From: Candidatus Woesearchaeota archaeon
GTDB lineage: Archaea > Nanobdellota > Nanobdellia > Woesearchaeales > JAFGPW01
Assembly (NCBI GenBank): GCA_016935985.1
Contig: JAFGPW010000004.1
Location: 152,752-216,751, forward strand
DNA: 64,000 bases
Direction of reading: 5' to 3'
Position numbers and translations under genes: made by a program. The number at the start of each line of letters is the position of its first letter. Within the stretch, counting starts at the first letter, position 1. Of the stretch, positions 61,960 through 64,000 are shown one piece after another. Under the pieces are notes generated by a model. The model had not been told where the DNA came from. It made no database searches and saw only the letters and a list, made by a program, of their open reading frames with translations.

Positions 61960-62640
61960 ATGGGAAAGCTAGCCGTCATATCGCTCGGCGGATCCCTCAT
62001 CATGCCGGGCGAGGTCGATGTGGCCTACCTCAGGCGGTTCAGGAGGACGGTCCTGCGTCTTGTAGGCGAGGGCTACCGGTTCATCCTCGTCTGCGGCGGC
62101 GGCGCGGTGTGCAGGAAGTACCAACGCGCGCTCGAGCTGATCCGCGGCAAGGACCACTACACCCTGGACATGCTCGGCATCTACGCCACCTACCTCAACG
62201 CCAAGCTCGTCCAGCTCATGTTCTCCGACGTCGCGGAGCCCGAGATCGTGCGGGACCCGACGAAGCCGAAGCGCTTCGCCGCGAAGGTTCTCGTCGCGTC
62301 CGGCTGGAAGCCGGGATGGAGCACCGACTATGTCGCTGCCGTCCTCGCGAGGCGCTACGGGGCGCGGGAGGTCATCAACCTCAGCGACATCGCGCACGTG
62401 TATTCTGCGGACCCGAAGAGGGACCCGTCCGCGAAACGCTACCGCAGGCTCACCTGGGACGAGTATATCGGCATCATCGGCCAGGAGCGCATGCCGGGCA
62501 TGAACACGCCGTTCGACCCTGTCGCCGCGATGTTCTGCAGGCAGCACCGGCTCCGGGCGGTGACGCTCGACGGGAAGCGGCTCGTCCAGCTCGCGAGGCA
62601 TCTCAAGGGCGAGCGGTCCGCCGGCACGCTCATCGGCTGA
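61960..62640 (+). CDS. pyrH: UMP kinase (archaeal type)
   Basis: The amino acid kinase fold motifs ISLGGS and VCGGG, ~226 aa. Confidence 0.85.
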   Translation: MGKLAVISLGGSLIMPGEVDVAYLRRFRRTVLRLVGEGYRFILVCGGGAVCRKYQRALELIRGKDHYTLDMLGIYATYLNAKLVQLMFSDVAEPEIVRDPTKPKRFAAKVLVASGWKPGWSTDYVAAVLARRYGAREVINLSDIAHVYSADPKRDPSAKRYRRLTWDEYIGIIGQERMPGMNTPFDPVAAMFCRQHRLRAVTLDGKRLVQLARHLKGERSAGTLIG

Positions 62641-62714
62641 ATCGGCGGCGATAAGCACTGCGCTGCAATAGCTTTATAAACTCCGGCATCAGCACTCCCG
62701 GCGGTGGGGTGACA

Positions 62715-64000
62715 ATGGGCCTGATCAACCTTCTCAAGGACATCAAGGACATACGGCGCTTCGAGCAGATCCTCCACGCGCTCATCAAGCATGAGCTCGG
62801 CTTCGTCGTCGACCGGCTGAAGCTTCGCGCCTACCTGCCGCTGCCGAAGATCATGGACAAGGAGAAGTACATCGAGCGCGAGACCCAGCCGCAGCGGATC
62901 AGGATGGTGCTGGAGGACCTCGGCGGCGCCTTCATCAAGCTCGGCCAGCTGCTCTCCCTGCGCCCTGACCTCATCCCCCAAGAATACTGCGACGAGCTCG
63001 CGAAGCTGCAGGACAAGGTCCCGCCCTTTCCGACCGAGAAGGCGCGCGAGATCGTCGAGCTGGAGCTGGGAAGGCCCATCGAGAAGGTCTTCGCCTACTT
63101 TTCCGAGAGGCCGATCGCCGCTGCGTCGGTCTCGCAGGTGCATGAGGCGGTCCTGAAGAACGGCACGAAGGTCGTGGTCAAGGTCCAGCGACCTGGCATC
63201 AGGAAGGTCTTCCAGACCGACATCGACATCCTGTCCTTCTTCGCGCGTAGGATCGAGGCGCAGTACAAGCCGGAGATCATCAACCCGATCGACATCGTCA
63301 AGGAGTTCGAGTCCTATACCGAGAGCGAGCTCGACTTCGAGCGCGAGCGGCGCAACGTCGAGCGCTTCTACGAACGCTACCTGCAGGACAAGGCCGTGAC
63401 CATCCCGAAGGCATACAAGGAATCCTCCACCTCACGCGTGCTCACCCTCAGGCACATCCAGGGACCGACGGCAGGGGAGGTCATCAGGCATCCTGAGGGG
63501 TTCGACCGCAAGGGGGTCGCCTCGGCGATCACCAACGCCATGTTCAAGCAGGTGTTCCTCTTCGGCTTCTTCCACGCTGACCCGCACCCCGGGAACATCC
63601 TCGTGCTCAAACGCAACCGCATCGTCTTCCTCGACTTCGGCATCGTCGGCTCGATCTCCGACACGCTGCGGGAGAAGACCCAGAACCTCTTCATCGCGAT
63701 GATCCAGGCCGACGCCGACGCCATGGCCGATGCCATCATCGACATGGGCATCGCCGAGACGCGCGTTGATCGGGAGCGCCTGCGCGACGACCTCAAGCTC
63801 AATCTCTCGCAGTACTACGGGACCGCGATCAAGCGGATCAACATATCGGTCCTGTTCTTCAGCCTGCTGACGCTCGCGAAGCGCAACCGGATCAGGCTGC
63901 CGGCGAACTTCGTGCTGCTGGGGAAGGCCATCATCACCATCGAAGGCATCGCGCGCAGCCTCAATCCCGACTTCGACTTCGTCACCGAGGCCCAGCCGTT
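62715..64000 (+). CDS. ABC1/UbiB (AarF-domain) atypical kinase family protein, N-terminal ~428 aa; it continues past the window end
   Basis: An ORF open to the window edge (absent from the ORF track because it has no stop). The motifs AAASVSQVH, KVQRPG, HADPHPGN and DFG. A TATA box (gctttataaact) lies ~35 nt upstream. Confidence 0.75.
   Translation, partial: MGLINLLKDIKDIRRFEQILHALIKHELGFVVDRLKLRAYLPLPKIMDKEKYIERETQPQRIRMVLEDLGGAFIKLGQLLSLRPDLIPQEYCDELAKLQDKVPPFPTEKAREIVELELGRPIEKVFAYFSERPIAAASVSQVHEAVLKNGTKVVVKVQRPGIRKVFQTDIDILSFFARRIEAQYKPEIINPIDIVKEFESYTESELDFERERRNVERFYERYLQDKAVTIPKAYKESSTSRVLTLRHIQGPTAGEVIRHPEGFDRKGVASAITNAMFKQVFLFGFFHADPHPGNILVLKRNRIVFLDFGIVGSISDTLREKTQNLFIAMIQADADAMADAIIDMGIAETRVDRERLRDDLKLNLSQYYGTAIKRINISVLFFSLLTLAKRNRIRLPANFVLLGKAIITIEGIARSLNPDFDFVTEAQP

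Noticed and set aside
1-64000. CRISPR arrays, IS elements, integrases and rRNA genes
   Set aside because: No regularly spaced direct repeats and no transposase, integrase or rRNA-like sequences were seen. The only repeat structures are the operator palindromes and intragenic coding repeats described above.

Overview
This 64-kb window is a high-GC (about 60-65%) archaeal chromosomal segment. The archaeal origin is supported by topoisomerase VI A/B, fibrillarin/Nop5, RFC large subunit, ABCE1, an archaeal-type GlyRS, and tRNAs with anticodon-loop introns. Strong TATA-like boxes sit about 25-35 nt upstream of many start codons, so mostly leaderless mRNAs are expected.

The backbone is housekeeping: aminoacyl-tRNA synthetases (glyS, valS, cysS), flpA-nop5, rio1 plus a KH protein, top6B/top6A, trmI, abcE1, DAHP synthase, pyrG, secF-secD, pyrH, slyD and four tRNA genes (Phe, Arg with intron, Cys with intron, Thr).

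Several accessory blocks stand out from this backbone:
- (1) A PilB/FlaI-like ATPase and a PilC/FlaJ-like platform protein. Both are unusually long and no pilin or archaellin gene lies nearby. They follow two tandem-duplicated 44-aa RHH-like genes, with a palindromic operator at the predicted transcription start.
- (2) A roughly 7-kb cell-surface island (26.8-33.7 kb) of five Sec-secreted, membrane-anchored proteins. They are built from two shared modules I do not recognise: a ~100-aa N-terminal module and a ~50-aa DHWKVYNP(A/S)LPxWVxQDL repeat. An AbrB-type regulator and a palindrome-studded AT-rich control region are embedded in the island.
- (3) A regulator + MacB-like ABC ATPase + beta-sandwich repeat surface protein + two FtsX permeases cluster. 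A membrane-anchored SLT-type lytic transglycosylase is adjacent, which is unexpected in an archaeon.
- (4) A pair of secreted proteins with extreme N-glycosylation sequon density.
- (5) A membrane-anchored protein made of D/E-rich LEDLEDD repeats.
- (6) Two YkgJ/FliB-family Fe-S/Zn proteins, a DsbB-like oxidoreductase, a 654-aa orphan protein, and a candidate small RNA in the glyS upstream region.

All calls rest on sequence motifs and gene context read by eye. No database search was run, and hand-counted coordinates (tRNAs, repeats, promoter elements) may be off by 1-2 nt.
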